This document shows positions 9,296 to 18,281 of a stretch of 64,000 nucleotides of DNA, piece by piece (the first letter of the stretch is position 1; every line of letters starts with the position of its first letter). The DNA lies in contig JAFGPX010000176.1 in assembly GCA_016935975.1 (NCBI GenBank), positions 6,372-70,371 of the forward strand, read 5' to 3'. The position numbers and the translations under genes were made by a program. This stretch comes from Deltaproteobacteria bacterium (GTDB taxonomy: Bacteria; Myxococcota_A; Polyangia; Fen-1088). Below the pieces are notes generated by a model that was given only the letters and a program-made list of their open reading frames with translations, was not told where the DNA came from and made no database searches.

Positions 9296-10678
9296 ATGTC
9301 CGTAGCCTTGTCGAGGAATCGAGCCGCGCGGCGTCCGTTCCGAGTCGTCGTGCCGTGGGCGGCAGCCATGCTTTGGCTTTTGGCAGGCTGCGTGGATCTC
9401 ACCGAGCCTTGGAAGAAGGTGGGCGGCGACGGCGCGGTCAGTGCCACGGGCGGCGCGGGCGGCATGGGGACGGAAGACGCGCCGGCAGCCGGCGGTTCGC
9501 TCGACAGCGGGGCCGAAGGTGCCAGCGACTCGGGTGGCATCGACGCGGGCGGCGGCATCGACGCGCAGGCGGGCGGCGCTGGTGGCACCATCGACGCTGG
9601 CGCGGGCGGGGCTGGCGGCGGCATCGACGTCGGCGGAGCCGCGCCGGATCTGCCGCTGGCAGGCACCGGGGGCGCTTCCGGCCCTGACGGCGGCGGTCCC
9701 GACGTGCCCATGACTGGAACCGGCGGCGTTCGGGGGACGGGCGGCGCGGCCCGCGCGGGCGGCGCCTCGGGCCGGGGCGGCGCCTCGGGCCGGGGAGGCC
9801 GTAGCGGAAGGGGTGGCGGCCCGGGCTCGGGCGGCAGCCCGGGCACGGGCGGCGCGGGCACGCCCGACGCGCGACCGGATCTGGCGCCGGATCTCGGTCC
9901 GGACCTGGGGCCGGATCTGCCGTCAGGCGGCGTGGAGGCGGGCGCGCTCCTGTCCGGGCTGATTCTCCACTATTCCTGCGAGGCCGCCGATTCCGACGGC
10001 GTGACCTTGCCGGACCAGTCCGGGAACGGCAACGACGGCACGCTGGCCGTCTGGCCGGGGCCCGACGGCGGCACCCCGCCCGCGGGCACGGGCCACAGCT
10101 TCGTGACCGGCAAGGTCGGCAACGCCCTGCTGCTCACGGCCGCGGGCAACGGGTATGTGACGCTGCCGCTGCCCGTGTTCGCCGGCGCCACGGACATGAC
10201 GATCTCGACCTGGCTCAAGGTGACGACCACGGTGGCATGGCAGAAGATCCTCGATGTCGGGATCAACGCCAACCGCTCCATCCCCCTGACCACGGGCATG
10301 GTCTACATGTACCTGGCGCCCATGACCGACAACAACAGCCCCGTGGCCTTCGGCATCGCGACCGACGGAGTCAACCGCGAGCAGAAACTCGAGGGGGCCG
10401 CCCCCATCGGCCCCGCCGACGGCTGGACGCACCTGGCGGTGGTGCAGGCCGCGGAATCGAGCACCTTGTACGTCAACGGGACGGCGGTGCGAACGAAGAA
10501 CGCAACCGATCTCCCGCTGCGCCTCTCGGATCTGGGCAGCATCGACTACGCCTGGATCGGCCGCTCGCAGTTTACCAGCAACACCACCTTCGACGGCGCC
10601 ATCGACGAATTCCGGGTCTACGACCGCGCCCTGTCCGCCGACGAGGTCAAGGCGCTCTGCGAGTACGCCGGGCAGTAG
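9296..10678 (+). CDS. Lipoprotein with Gly-rich linker and C-terminal LamG/concanavalin-A-like lectin domain
   Basis: The ATG at 9296 gives MSVALSRNRAARRPFRVVVPWAAAMLWLLAGC (lipobox LLAGC). The linker is long and Gly/Ala/Asp-rich. The LamG-type C-terminus reads GNGNDGTL...GKVGNALLL...MTISTWLKV...GWTHLAVV...LYVNG...IDEFRVYDRALSADEV. Confidence 0.8.
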   Translation: MSVALSRNRAARRPFRVVVPWAAAMLWLLAGCVDLTEPWKKVGGDGAVSATGGAGGMGTEDAPAAGGSLDSGAEGASDSGGIDAGGGIDAQAGGAGGTIDAGAGGAGGGIDVGGAAPDLPLAGTGGASGPDGGGPDVPMTGTGGVRGTGGAARAGGASGRGGASGRGGRSGRGGGPGSGGSPGTGGAGTPDARPDLAPDLGPDLGPDLPSGGVEAGALLSGLILHYSCEAADSDGVTLPDQSGNGNDGTLAVWPGPDGGTPPAGTGHSFVTGKVGNALLLTAAGNGYVTLPLPVFAGATDMTISTWLKVTTTVAWQKILDVGINANRSIPLTTGMVYMYLAPMTDNNSPVAFGIATDGVNREQKLEGAAPIGPADGWTHLAVVQAAESSTLYVNGTAVRTKNATDLPLRLSDLGSIDYAWIGRSQFTSNTTFDGAIDEFRVYDRALSADEVKALCEYAGQ

Positions 10679-10906
10679 AGGGGATCTGTCCGCGAGGCTG
10701 GGGCTCGGCAGCTTGCGCTCTCGCCCTCTCCCGTAGTGTCCGGAAAACGACGGCGGGCAAGGGGGCTTGGGGACAGGCGGAGCCTCCGGAACGCTACGGC
10801 GTCGAAGCACGCGGGCATGAGCACTCCGTTGTCTCCGAGGAACGGTGGCAAAGACCCTCGCACGGAACCGTCGAGACAAGGAGCTTGCCTTCGGCCGTTG
10901 TGCGCG

Positions 10907-10932
10907 TGAAACTGCTGCGGCAATCATACGTC
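10907..10932 (+). promoter_or_regulatory. Candidate ECF-type promoter (TGAAAC-N16-CGTC)
   Basis: The sequence is TGAAAC (10907-10912), a 16 nt spacer, then CGTC (10929-10932). It ends ~29 nt upstream of the ATG at 10961. It resembles the generic ECF -35 GGAAC / -10 CGTC pattern. This is a motif match only. Confidence 0.25.
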
Positions 10933-10960
10933 GCCGCTGCGAAAACGAGGACGGACCGCC

Positions 10961-11758
10961 ATGTGCAAACAAGCTGCTGCAGGCCTGATTGTGGCTTGTC
11001 TGTCGGTGACCGCGCGTGCCCAGGCCGAGGGCCGGGAAGCCACCGAGCGCGCGGCTCGGAAGGCTTGCATTGCGGGCGACTATGCCAAGGGCGTGGATTT
11101 GCTGGCCGATCTCTTCGTCGATACCAAGGATCCGACGTACATCTTCAACCAGGCTCGCTGCTACCAGCAGAACGCCCGTCACGCGGAGGCGGTCAACCGC
11201 TTCCGCGAGTACCTGCGCAAGGCCGCGGACATAGGCCAAGCCGAGAGAGCGGAAACGGAAAGATACATTGCTGAGTGCGAGGCCCTGCTGGCGAAGGAAA
11301 GGAGTGGTGGGGAAGGCCAATCGAGTGGTCCGCCGGCGGAATCATCCACCGCCAGCGCCGCGGCGGACCGGCGGCCGGACGCGGAGGTCCGAACGGGCGC
11401 CAGTCCGTCCCCCGAGCGCGCGCCCCGCCCAGGGGGTGGTTTGCGCATCGCGGGCATCGCCGCCGCCCTGGTTGGGGTTGCGGGACTGGGGACGGGGCTG
11501 GGCTGCCAGCTCAAGGCGAACCAGCTGGCGGGAGAACTGGGCAAGAACAACACCTACAGCCGCGCCACCCAATCGAGCTACGACAACTACGTGACGCTTG
11601 GCTGGATCGGGTACGGAGTAGGCGCGGCGGGACTGGCGAGCGGGGCGTTGCTCTACTACTTCGGCTGGCGCGCCGGAAGGGCGCCTGGCCCGCAGGTCGC
11701 TCTGTCGCCGCTGCTCGGCCCTGAACGGACCGGCGTACTCGTCTCGGGAGGCTTCTGA
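10961..11758 (+). CDS. TPR-like periplasmic/membrane protein (module A)
   Basis: Signal peptide MCKQAAAGLIVACLSVTARAQA, then a TPR-like segment (GDYAKGVDLLADLFVDTKDPTYIFNQARCYQQNARHAEAVNRFREYLRK). A Pro/Ser linker is followed by two hydrophobic helices. It is a paralog of 29165..30058. Confidence 0.7.
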   Translation: MCKQAAAGLIVACLSVTARAQAEGREATERAARKACIAGDYAKGVDLLADLFVDTKDPTYIFNQARCYQQNARHAEAVNRFREYLRKAADIGQAERAETERYIAECEALLAKERSGGEGQSSGPPAESSTASAAADRRPDAEVRTGASPSPERAPRPGGGLRIAGIAAALVGVAGLGTGLGCQLKANQLAGELGKNNTYSRATQSSYDNYVTLGWIGYGVGAAGLASGALLYYFGWRAGRAPGPQVALSPLLGPERTGVLVSGGF

Positions 11759-13092
11759 TGCCCGGGGCGAAGCCGCGAGGCAAGGGTTGCTGTCCCGTCG
11801 TGGGCAGCGCGCTCGTCGTGCTGATCTCGTCAGGGTGGCTTGCAGGATGTTTCGACAAGCCGAAATACGACGTCGAAACGCTGGTATGCCACGACGACAA
11901 CGGTTGTCCCGGAGGCTATCGGTGCAGCGCCGGTCGCTGCGTCGGCGCCCGGGAGTCGGACGGCGCGGCCTCGGCAGGCGACTCGCCCTTGGCGGGTTCC
12001 GAGGAGGCCGGCGGTACCGGCATCGACACGAGAGCGCCGGATTCCTCCGGCGTCCAACTCCCGCTGGATGCGCCTGGAGGCGAGCAGCCGCCCAGATCCC
12101 TCGACGCAGCGGCCTCGGATGGGAAGGCGGGAGAAGACGGGCTTGTCGACGCCGCAGCCTCGGATGGGAAGGTGGGAGAAGACGGGGGAGGCCGTTCCCA
12201 CGAAGATGCGGGTGTGGACGCGCCGTTCACGTTCGACGCTGGAACCGACAAGACCAACACGGTCGACGTGGAAGGGGACAGGGGCCAAGGGGGCTTTGGC
12301 GGGACCGGCGGCGTCGTCGGGACCGGTGGCGTCGTCTGCAGCGGCGGCGCGGGTGGCGGCGGTGGAGGCGCTGCGACGGGAGGAGTCGGCACCGGCGGAA
12401 GGGTCGGAACCGGCGGCGCGGGGACAGGTGGCAGGACCGGAACAGGCGGAAGCGGCACCGGTGGAGCGACCAGTTCTCCGGATGCTGGCACCGACGCTCG
12501 TGACGCCGGTCCCGATCTACCCTCCGATCCTGCACCGCCGATCTGCTTCATCGACGGGAACGTCTACAACAATGGGCAGAAGCATCCTTTGCATCCGTGC
12601 CTGCGCTGCGACGTCGCGGTCTCGCTCACCGCCTGGACCCCGGCCGTGGGCGAAGCCTGCTCTGGCGGCGCGCTGTGCAGCGATGGGCTCTGCCAACCTG
12701 GTTGTTGGATCTCCGGCAGCGCCTACCTGGCGTCGGAAACCCGACCCGGCGAGCCGTGCCAGAGCTGCCAGCCGGCAACGTCGACCTCGGCCTGGACGCC
12801 CGTGGCCGACGGCACCGGCTGTGAAGCCAACAGCGTGTGCCATCAGGCCACGTGCAAGCCCGGTTGTTGGATCGACGCCACCTTCTATGCGAGCGGGGCC
12901 GTGAATCCTGCTCCGGGCTCGTGCCTGGTGTGCAATCCCAACGGGTCGACGACCTCCTGGTGGATCGGCACCGACACCGACTGCCCCACGGGTCATCGCT
13001 GCATCGAGGGAACCTGCATGCTCGCTTGCGAGACCCATGCCGATTGTCCGGGGGGACAGACGTGCAACGAAACCCTTTGGGTCTGCGAGTAG
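11758..13092 (+). CDS. Cys-rich lipoprotein with Gly-rich linker and three tandem ~45-aa Cys repeats (module A)
   Basis: The ATG overlaps the upstream stop (TGATG). Lipobox WLAGC. The N-terminal motif is VCHDDNGCPGGYRCSAGRCV. The C-terminal repeats follow the pattern C(F/W)I(D/S)G..Y...PC..C.P..S...WTP...G..C.....C....C.PGC. Confidence 0.7.
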   Translation: MPGAKPRGKGCCPVVGSALVVLISSGWLAGCFDKPKYDVETLVCHDDNGCPGGYRCSAGRCVGARESDGAASAGDSPLAGSEEAGGTGIDTRAPDSSGVQLPLDAPGGEQPPRSLDAAASDGKAGEDGLVDAAASDGKVGEDGGGRSHEDAGVDAPFTFDAGTDKTNTVDVEGDRGQGGFGGTGGVVGTGGVVCSGGAGGGGGGAATGGVGTGGRVGTGGAGTGGRTGTGGSGTGGATSSPDAGTDARDAGPDLPSDPAPPICFIDGNVYNNGQKHPLHPCLRCDVAVSLTAWTPAVGEACSGGALCSDGLCQPGCWISGSAYLASETRPGEPCQSCQPATSTSAWTPVADGTGCEANSVCHQATCKPGCWIDATFYASGAVNPAPGSCLVCNPNGSTTSWWIGTDTDCPTGHRCIEGTCMLACETHADCPGGQTCNETLWVCE

Positions 13093-13261
13093 TGCCTAGC
13101 GTGAAACCGTACCGACGTGCGGCTACGACCTGGCGGGCCGGTTGGCGGGCAACGGATCTCGCGAAGGGCAGATTTGCGGCCGCGGCATGTCTTTGGCATG
13201 TTCAGGCCGGCCGCCGTGCGATGTCTTTGACAGGCAACGACCGCCGTAGGAACTTGTCGTC

Positions 13262-14617
13262 ATGCGGTCGTTGGGACCCACGCGCACCATCGTTGAGCAC
13301 TTCGTGGCCAGCTTGATGGTGCTTTGCGGTTTCGCGTTCGCGGGTACCCGCGCGGCGCACGGCCAGAGCCCAAGCTTGGAGGTCGATCTTCGCGCCATGA
13401 AGGCCGGGAAGGACGGGTTTGCGGCGCCCATTGCGGGGGGCGGTCGGGCCCGCTTGACCTTGGTGCCCGACCTGCAAGAGGCCGCAGAAAGACATCTCGC
13501 GGATAGCGAGATCCCGTACGGCGCCGTGGTGATGATTTCCATCCCCGACGGCAAGATCCTGACCCTCGCCGGCAGATCCGAGCTGGATCCCCGGATGGGC
13601 CCCGTCGATCTCGCACTCAAGGCCTGGGCGCCGGCGGCTTCGATCTTCAAGATCGTGACGGCCGCGGCTCTGGTGACCGCGGGTGGCATCAGCCCCGACG
13701 CCAAGGCCTGCTATGCGGGCGGCCTTCACGGCATCGGCCCCCAGGACCTTCGAGACAACCCCCGGCTGGACAAGCGATGCGAGTCTCTCAAGGTGGCCGT
13801 GGGCCGTTCGCAGAACGTGGTCGTGGCAAAGCTCGCACTCAAGCATCTGAGCCCGTCGTCGCTGGGCCGCACCGCCCGCGATTTCGGCTTCGGCCAGCGC
13901 ATTCCCTTCGTCGCCGATCTCGAGGTGTCTGCGGCGAAGATGCCGAGCGATGACCTGGAGTTCGCCCGCGCGGCCGCCGGCTTCTTCCACTCGTCTCTGT
14001 CTCCATTGCATGGCGCGCTGATCGCCGCCACCGTGGCCAACGGCGGGCTGATGCCGGGCCCCATCCTGGTGCGCCGGGCAACCGACGGGTCGGGCAGGCC
14101 GCGACCGATCCCAACGCCTCGCGGCCGCAGGGTTGTGGGGCCGAAGACGGCCCGCGCGTTGGGCGCCATGATGGAAACGACGGTGACCCTGGGCACGGCC
14201 CGCAGCAGCTTCCGGGACCGGCGGGGGCGCAAGTTCTTGCCGTTCGCCGTGGCTGGGAAGACGGGGTCTCTCAACTACCGCGGTCGCAAGGGCGATCCGC
14301 CCATGCCACGGGCCGGACTGGTTTCGAACTACCTTCAGTACAACTGGTTCGTGGGCTACGCCCCTTGCGAAAAACCGAAGGTCGCTTTCGCGACGATCGT
14401 CGCCAATCCGGCGAAGTGGCGAATCAAGGCGACCTACCTGGCGCGCAGAATGCTGGAGGCTTGGTGGGCCAAGGAGAAGTCGGACAAAGCCAAGGCTTCG
14501 GCCGCCAAGGCTCCCCAAACCGCGTCCTCCCCGGACGGAAGGCGGGACGGTCGCACCGTTTCTGCCGCTTCCACCTCGAATCGATCGGCGTCGCGCGACG
14601 GGCTGCCCAAGATTTAG
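13262..14617 (+). CDS. Penicillin-binding-protein transpeptidase-domain protein (paralog 1)
   Basis: All three PBP motifs are present: SxxK (AASIFK), SxN (GRSQNV) and KTG (AGKTGS). An N-terminal signal-like hydrophobic segment is present. It is a close paralog of 26819..28084. Confidence 0.85.
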   Translation: MRSLGPTRTIVEHFVASLMVLCGFAFAGTRAAHGQSPSLEVDLRAMKAGKDGFAAPIAGGGRARLTLVPDLQEAAERHLADSEIPYGAVVMISIPDGKILTLAGRSELDPRMGPVDLALKAWAPAASIFKIVTAAALVTAGGISPDAKACYAGGLHGIGPQDLRDNPRLDKRCESLKVAVGRSQNVVVAKLALKHLSPSSLGRTARDFGFGQRIPFVADLEVSAAKMPSDDLEFARAAAGFFHSSLSPLHGALIAATVANGGLMPGPILVRRATDGSGRPRPIPTPRGRRVVGPKTARALGAMMETTVTLGTARSSFRDRRGRKFLPFAVAGKTGSLNYRGRKGDPPMPRAGLVSNYLQYNWFVGYAPCEKPKVAFATIVANPAKWRIKATYLARRMLEAWWAKEKSDKAKASAAKAPQTASSPDGRRDGRTVSAASTSNRSASRDGLPKI

Positions 14618-14723
14618 CCCAGGGTGCGAATCGGCGCGCCCGTGTTGTCTCGACGTCCTATCGACCATGGCCTCGAGACTCCATTCGAGGGGGAGCGGCT
14701 TGGCGAGCACGCGGGCACGCGCC

Positions 14724-15662
14724 CTATCGCACTCGAACCACGGTGCCCGGCTTCTTGTCCGTTGCCGCAGCTTCCGTCTCCCCGTTTCGCAGCGGCGGTT
14801 CGGTGAACCCGAATAGCCACTCGGCGTCGGCCAAGCTCAGGTTGATGCAGCCGTGGCTTCTCGGCGCGCCGAACTGGTCGTGCCAGAAGACGCCGTGCAG
14901 GGCCACGCGGCCGATGTATTGGGTGAAGGGGACTTCCTCGTAGTAGTACGGCACGACGTCGGTGTGTTCGAGATTGTCCATGGTCGCGCCGAGGAGCTTG
15001 GCGCGAACGCGGTGGATCCCTCGGGGCGTGGCGAAGACCGTGCCCTCGGCGCCGACGCCCGTGGCGACCAGGGTGGCGAACACGGGCTTGTCGCCGACGT
15101 AGGCGACCAGCGTCTGCGTGGCGAGCTCGACGTCGAGCCAGGGCTCGCCGTCGCCGACCTCGGCAGGCCGTGGCGAGCGATGGGGCACCCGCAGATCGGC
15201 ATCCGACATCCAGCCTTCGGCCACGCGGAAAAAGCCGCGCGGTCCGTCGCGGCTGGCCAGGCCGAGACGGGCGTAGCGCGGGCGTCGCGCGACCGGCTTG
15301 CCGTTCGTGTCGGGCTCGGCGTAGACGGGCGCCCGGTCCCTCGCCACCCAGCCGAAGTCGAGCTTGGCGTCCTGCAAATGCACGCCCGCGAAGCGCGATG
15401 GCTTGGCTGGCCGGAGATCCTTCATGGCCACCTCGCGGCCGAGGCTGGTGCGGCCGAGCCGTTCGCCGCCAAACACGTGCTGGTCCACGACGACCACCCC
15501 GAAGCCGGGCAAGAGCTTGCGGCCATCGCGCGTCTGTATCGCGTTCTCGCCGACGAGGTAGTAGCGCGGCCCAGCCGGCGGCGCAGCGCTTGGCGTCGGT
15601 TCGCGCTTGGCGCACCCGAGCAGGCACGCGCCGGCGAGCAAGCCGGCCCACGCCGGCTTCAT
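14724..15662 (-). CDS. L,D-transpeptidase (YkuD family) lipoprotein
   Basis: The ATG at 15662 overlaps the pbpC stop (ATGA). Lipobox LLAGACLLGC. The YkuD catalytic motif is HGVFWHDQFGAPRSHGCINL. Confidence 0.85.
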   Translation of the reverse strand: MKPAWAGLLAGACLLGCAKREPTPSAAPPAGPRYYLVGENAIQTRDGRKLLPGFGVVVVDQHVFGGERLGRTSLGREVAMKDLRPAKPSRFAGVHLQDAKLDFGWVARDRAPVYAEPDTNGKPVARRPRYARLGLASRDGPRGFFRVAEGWMSDADLRVPHRSPRPAEVGDGEPWLDVELATQTLVAYVGDKPVFATLVATGVGAEGTVFATPRGIHRVRAKLLGATMDNLEHTDVVPYYYEEVPFTQYIGRVALHGVFWHDQFGAPRSHGCINLSLADAEWLFGFTEPPLRNGETEAAATDKKPGTVVRVR

Positions 15663-17980
15663 TGCGACACCTCCACGCGCAAGGTCTGCGCGTCGGCGCG
15701 GCCGCGGTCGTCCACGGCGCGCACCACGAAGGTGCCGGGGCGCATCTTCCACAGCCACGGCCGGCCGCTCGCGGTCTTGCCGGCGAAACGCCGGCCCACG
15801 TACCAGAAGACCTCGTGCGCGTCGCCGTCCGTCTCGGCGAGGAAGGCCAGCGTGTCGTTGCTCTTGCCCGGTCGCAGGGTGTAGGCAACGCCGCCGAGCG
15901 GCGAGGTGATGCGCGGCGGAGCGCCTGGCACGTCCTGTTCCGCCGGGCAACCGGGCATGGCGGAGGGCGGCGCCTGGCGCGGCAGGCCGGCCGCGGCGAA
16001 AAGCTTCAGCATGTCGGTGGGCCACACCGCGAAGACCTCCTGGTGGGTGGGGCCGTGCGGCCGGGCGTCGCACACGCGCCGGCCAGTGCGGTCGTCGATG
16101 GCGAAGGCGCGGTGGATCTCGCAGGGCGTGGTGGGCGAGCGGCCGGCGATGAACCAGGCGGGCTTCGTGTGCGGGCAGTGCGGGTTTGGAATCTGACCGC
16201 TTTCGACGCACACGTCGACGCGGAGCAATCCCGTGGGTCGCGGCCACAGGGGCGTGGCGAGCGCGCGCTCGTGCGCGGCCAGCGCATCCACGACCGAGAA
16301 GAATAGCGGGGCCGCGGTCTTGACCCCCACGAATTCCGGGTTGCCGCGACCGTCGAAGTCGCCGACCCACACCACGAGCACGTACGGCCCGACCAGGCCC
16401 GCGCTCCAGGCGTCGCGAAAACCCCAAGACGTGCCGGTCTTCCACGGCACCGGCATCTGCGCGGAGGCTGCCACGAGGCGCGGCGCGAACGGCCGCGGGT
16501 TCTTGGCCAGCATGTCGAGCACGAGCCACGAGGCCTCTTCAGACAGCACGCGCACGGGCGGCGGCGTGGCATCGCCCATGCGGCGGCGCAGGGGCCGCAG
16601 CAGCCCGCGGTTGGCCAGCGCCGCGAACAGCGTAGAGACTTCCTCCATGGTCACCTCGCCGGTGCCGAGCACGAGACCCAAGCCGTAGTGGCTTTCCGGC
16701 TCGGACAGGCCCACGCCCGCGCCGGTCAGGAATTGGTGGAAGGTCGGCCTGTCCAGCTTCGCGGCCACCAGCAGGGCCGGGACGTTGCGGCTGCGCACCA
16801 GGGCGTCGGCGGCCGGCAGCGGGCCGGCGTAGCGTCCGTCGAAGTTCTCGGGCGAATAGGCCGAGAACGACACGGGCGCGTCGCGCAGCACCGAGCGGGG
16901 ATGAATCACCCCTTGCTCCATGCCGAGCGCGTACACGAAGGGCTTGAGCACCGAGCCGGGCGAGCGGCGCGCGCGCGTGCCGTCGACCTGGCCGGAGATC
17001 GCGTCGTCGAAGAAGTCGGCCGAGCCGACCAGCGCGCGCACGCCCATGTCGCGCGCGTCGACCAGCAGGGCCGCGGCGTTGTGCACGCCCAGGCGCTCGT
17101 GGCCCTCGACGAAACGGGCCACCTGGCGTTCGAGCAGGCGCTGCAGGGGCAAATCCAGCGTGGTGCGGTCGGCGTTTTCGGTCGCGGGCCGGGCCAGCAT
17201 CTGGTCGGTGAAGTGAGGCGCCAGGAAAGGCAGCGCGTCCTGGCTCGTGGTCGCCGCCAAGGTGGCCAGGCGCGCGTCGCCCGCGGCCGGCCGGCGCGCG
17301 AGCAGGCGCCGGCCGAGCGCCTCGCGCATGCGCGCGAACTCGGGGGCTTGCACGCGCAGGGCTTGCACGCGCTGGTTCGGGTTCTGGGGCAGAAGCGCCA
17401 GCGACAGCGCTTCGGGCAGGGACAGCCGAGCCGGCGGCTTGCCGAAGTGAACCAGGCTGGCCGCGCCGATGCCTTCGACGTTGCCGCCGTACGGGGCCAG
17501 GTTCAGATAGGCCTCGAGGATCTCGTCCTTGCCGTGGCGGGCTTCCAGCCACAGGGCGGCGAGGATCTGGTGGAGCTTGCCGAGCGCGTGCCGCGAATCG
17601 ATGGCGAAAAGCCGTCGCGCCAGCTGCATGGTGACGGTCGAACCGCCCAGGCGACGACCGCCGGCCAAAAGCGAGCCCACGGCTCTCGCTAGCGAATAGG
17701 GATTGACGCCGGGATGCGCTCGGAACCAGCGGTCCTCGTAGAGCAGGGCGGCCTCGACCGAGAACGGCGAGATGTCCGGCAGCGGAGTCCAGAAGCGATA
17801 CTGCTCGTCGTCGGCCAGGGTCAGGCGCAGAAGCTCGCCGCCGCGCGCGTAGACGGCGCGCGAGTACGACGCCCGGCCCTGGAGCGGAGCATGCGGAGCC
17901 ACGCGCAGGCCGACGAGGAGCAAGGCCATGCCCAGCAAGGCCACTCCGCCCCTCCGCACCCATCGCGTCCGGCGACTCAT
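15659..17980 (-). CDS. pbpC: Penicillin-binding protein 1C (GT51 transglycosylase + transpeptidase + PbpC C-terminal domain)
   Basis: GT51 motifs are present (EDRWFRAHPGVNP, GGSTVTMQLAR, KDEILEAYLNLAPYGGN). The transpeptidase SxxK is SPGSVLKP. The gene lies directly downstream of an alpha-2-macroglobulin gene, the known conserved pairing. The ATG at 17980 follows GGAG; the ORF-track start at 18007 is a GTG alternative. Confidence 0.9.
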   Translation of the reverse strand: MSRRTRWVRRGGVALLGMALLLVGLRVAPHAPLQGRASYSRAVYARGGELLRLTLADDEQYRFWTPLPDISPFSVEAALLYEDRWFRAHPGVNPYSLARAVGSLLAGGRRLGGSTVTMQLARRLFAIDSRHALGKLHQILAALWLEARHGKDEILEAYLNLAPYGGNVEGIGAASLVHFGKPPARLSLPEALSLALLPQNPNQRVQALRVQAPEFARMREALGRRLLARRPAAGDARLATLAATTSQDALPFLAPHFTDQMLARPATENADRTTLDLPLQRLLERQVARFVEGHERLGVHNAAALLVDARDMGVRALVGSADFFDDAISGQVDGTRARRSPGSVLKPFVYALGMEQGVIHPRSVLRDAPVSFSAYSPENFDGRYAGPLPAADALVRSRNVPALLVAAKLDRPTFHQFLTGAGVGLSEPESHYGLGLVLGTGEVTMEEVSTLFAALANRGLLRPLRRRMGDATPPPVRVLSEEASWLVLDMLAKNPRPFAPRLVAASAQMPVPWKTGTSWGFRDAWSAGLVGPYVLVVWVGDFDGRGNPEFVGVKTAAPLFFSVVDALAAHERALATPLWPRPTGLLRVDVCVESGQIPNPHCPHTKPAWFIAGRSPTTPCEIHRAFAIDDRTGRRVCDARPHGPTHQEVFAVWPTDMLKLFAAAGLPRQAPPSAMPGCPAEQDVPGAPPRITSPLGGVAYTLRPGKSNDTLAFLAETDGDAHEVFWYVGRRFAGKTASGRPWLWKMRPGTFVVRAVDDRGRADAQTLRVEVSQ

Positions 17981-18057
17981 CCTCTGCGCTCCAAGAGGGA
18001 TGCCCACGAAGGTCTCGGGGGGCGTCGGCCAGATATAGGGTCGGGCGATCCTCTGAG

Positions 18058-18178
18058 CTTTTCACCACAGAGGACACAGAGAACACAGAGGCCGGACAAG
18101 AAGGGGTTTCTCGTTTCCAGATCCGAACCCTTTCTTCCTCCTCCGTCTCCGTGTTCTCTGTGTGCTCTGTGGCAAAAA
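18058..18178. repeat. Palindromic intergenic repeat, copy A (long hairpin element)
   Basis: The left arm is TTTTCACCACAGAGGACACAGAGAACACAGAGGCCGGA. The right arm, reverse-complemented, is TTTTTGCCACAGAGCACACAGAGAACACGGAGACGGAG. An inner palindrome is AAGAAGGGGTT / GAACCCTTTCTT. The element lies between the A2M stop and the pbpC start. Confidence 0.8.
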
Positions 18179-18281
18179 CCCTGAGGGATTCTGCGCCTCC
18201 ATCTGGTGTGGCGCTTTGCGGCCGAACGCCGGACAGTCCCTGCCGGCGTCTCCTCGGCCGGCATTGCGGGTGGTTTCGGCA

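Noticed and set aside
13186-13240. Duplicated ATGTCTTTG(G/A)CA motif, including a TTGACA hexamer, upstream of PBP paralog 1 as a sigma-70 promoter.
   Set aside because: No acceptable -10 hexamer lies at 16-18 nt spacing, and the implied leader would be only ~10 nt. It is kept as an observation only.
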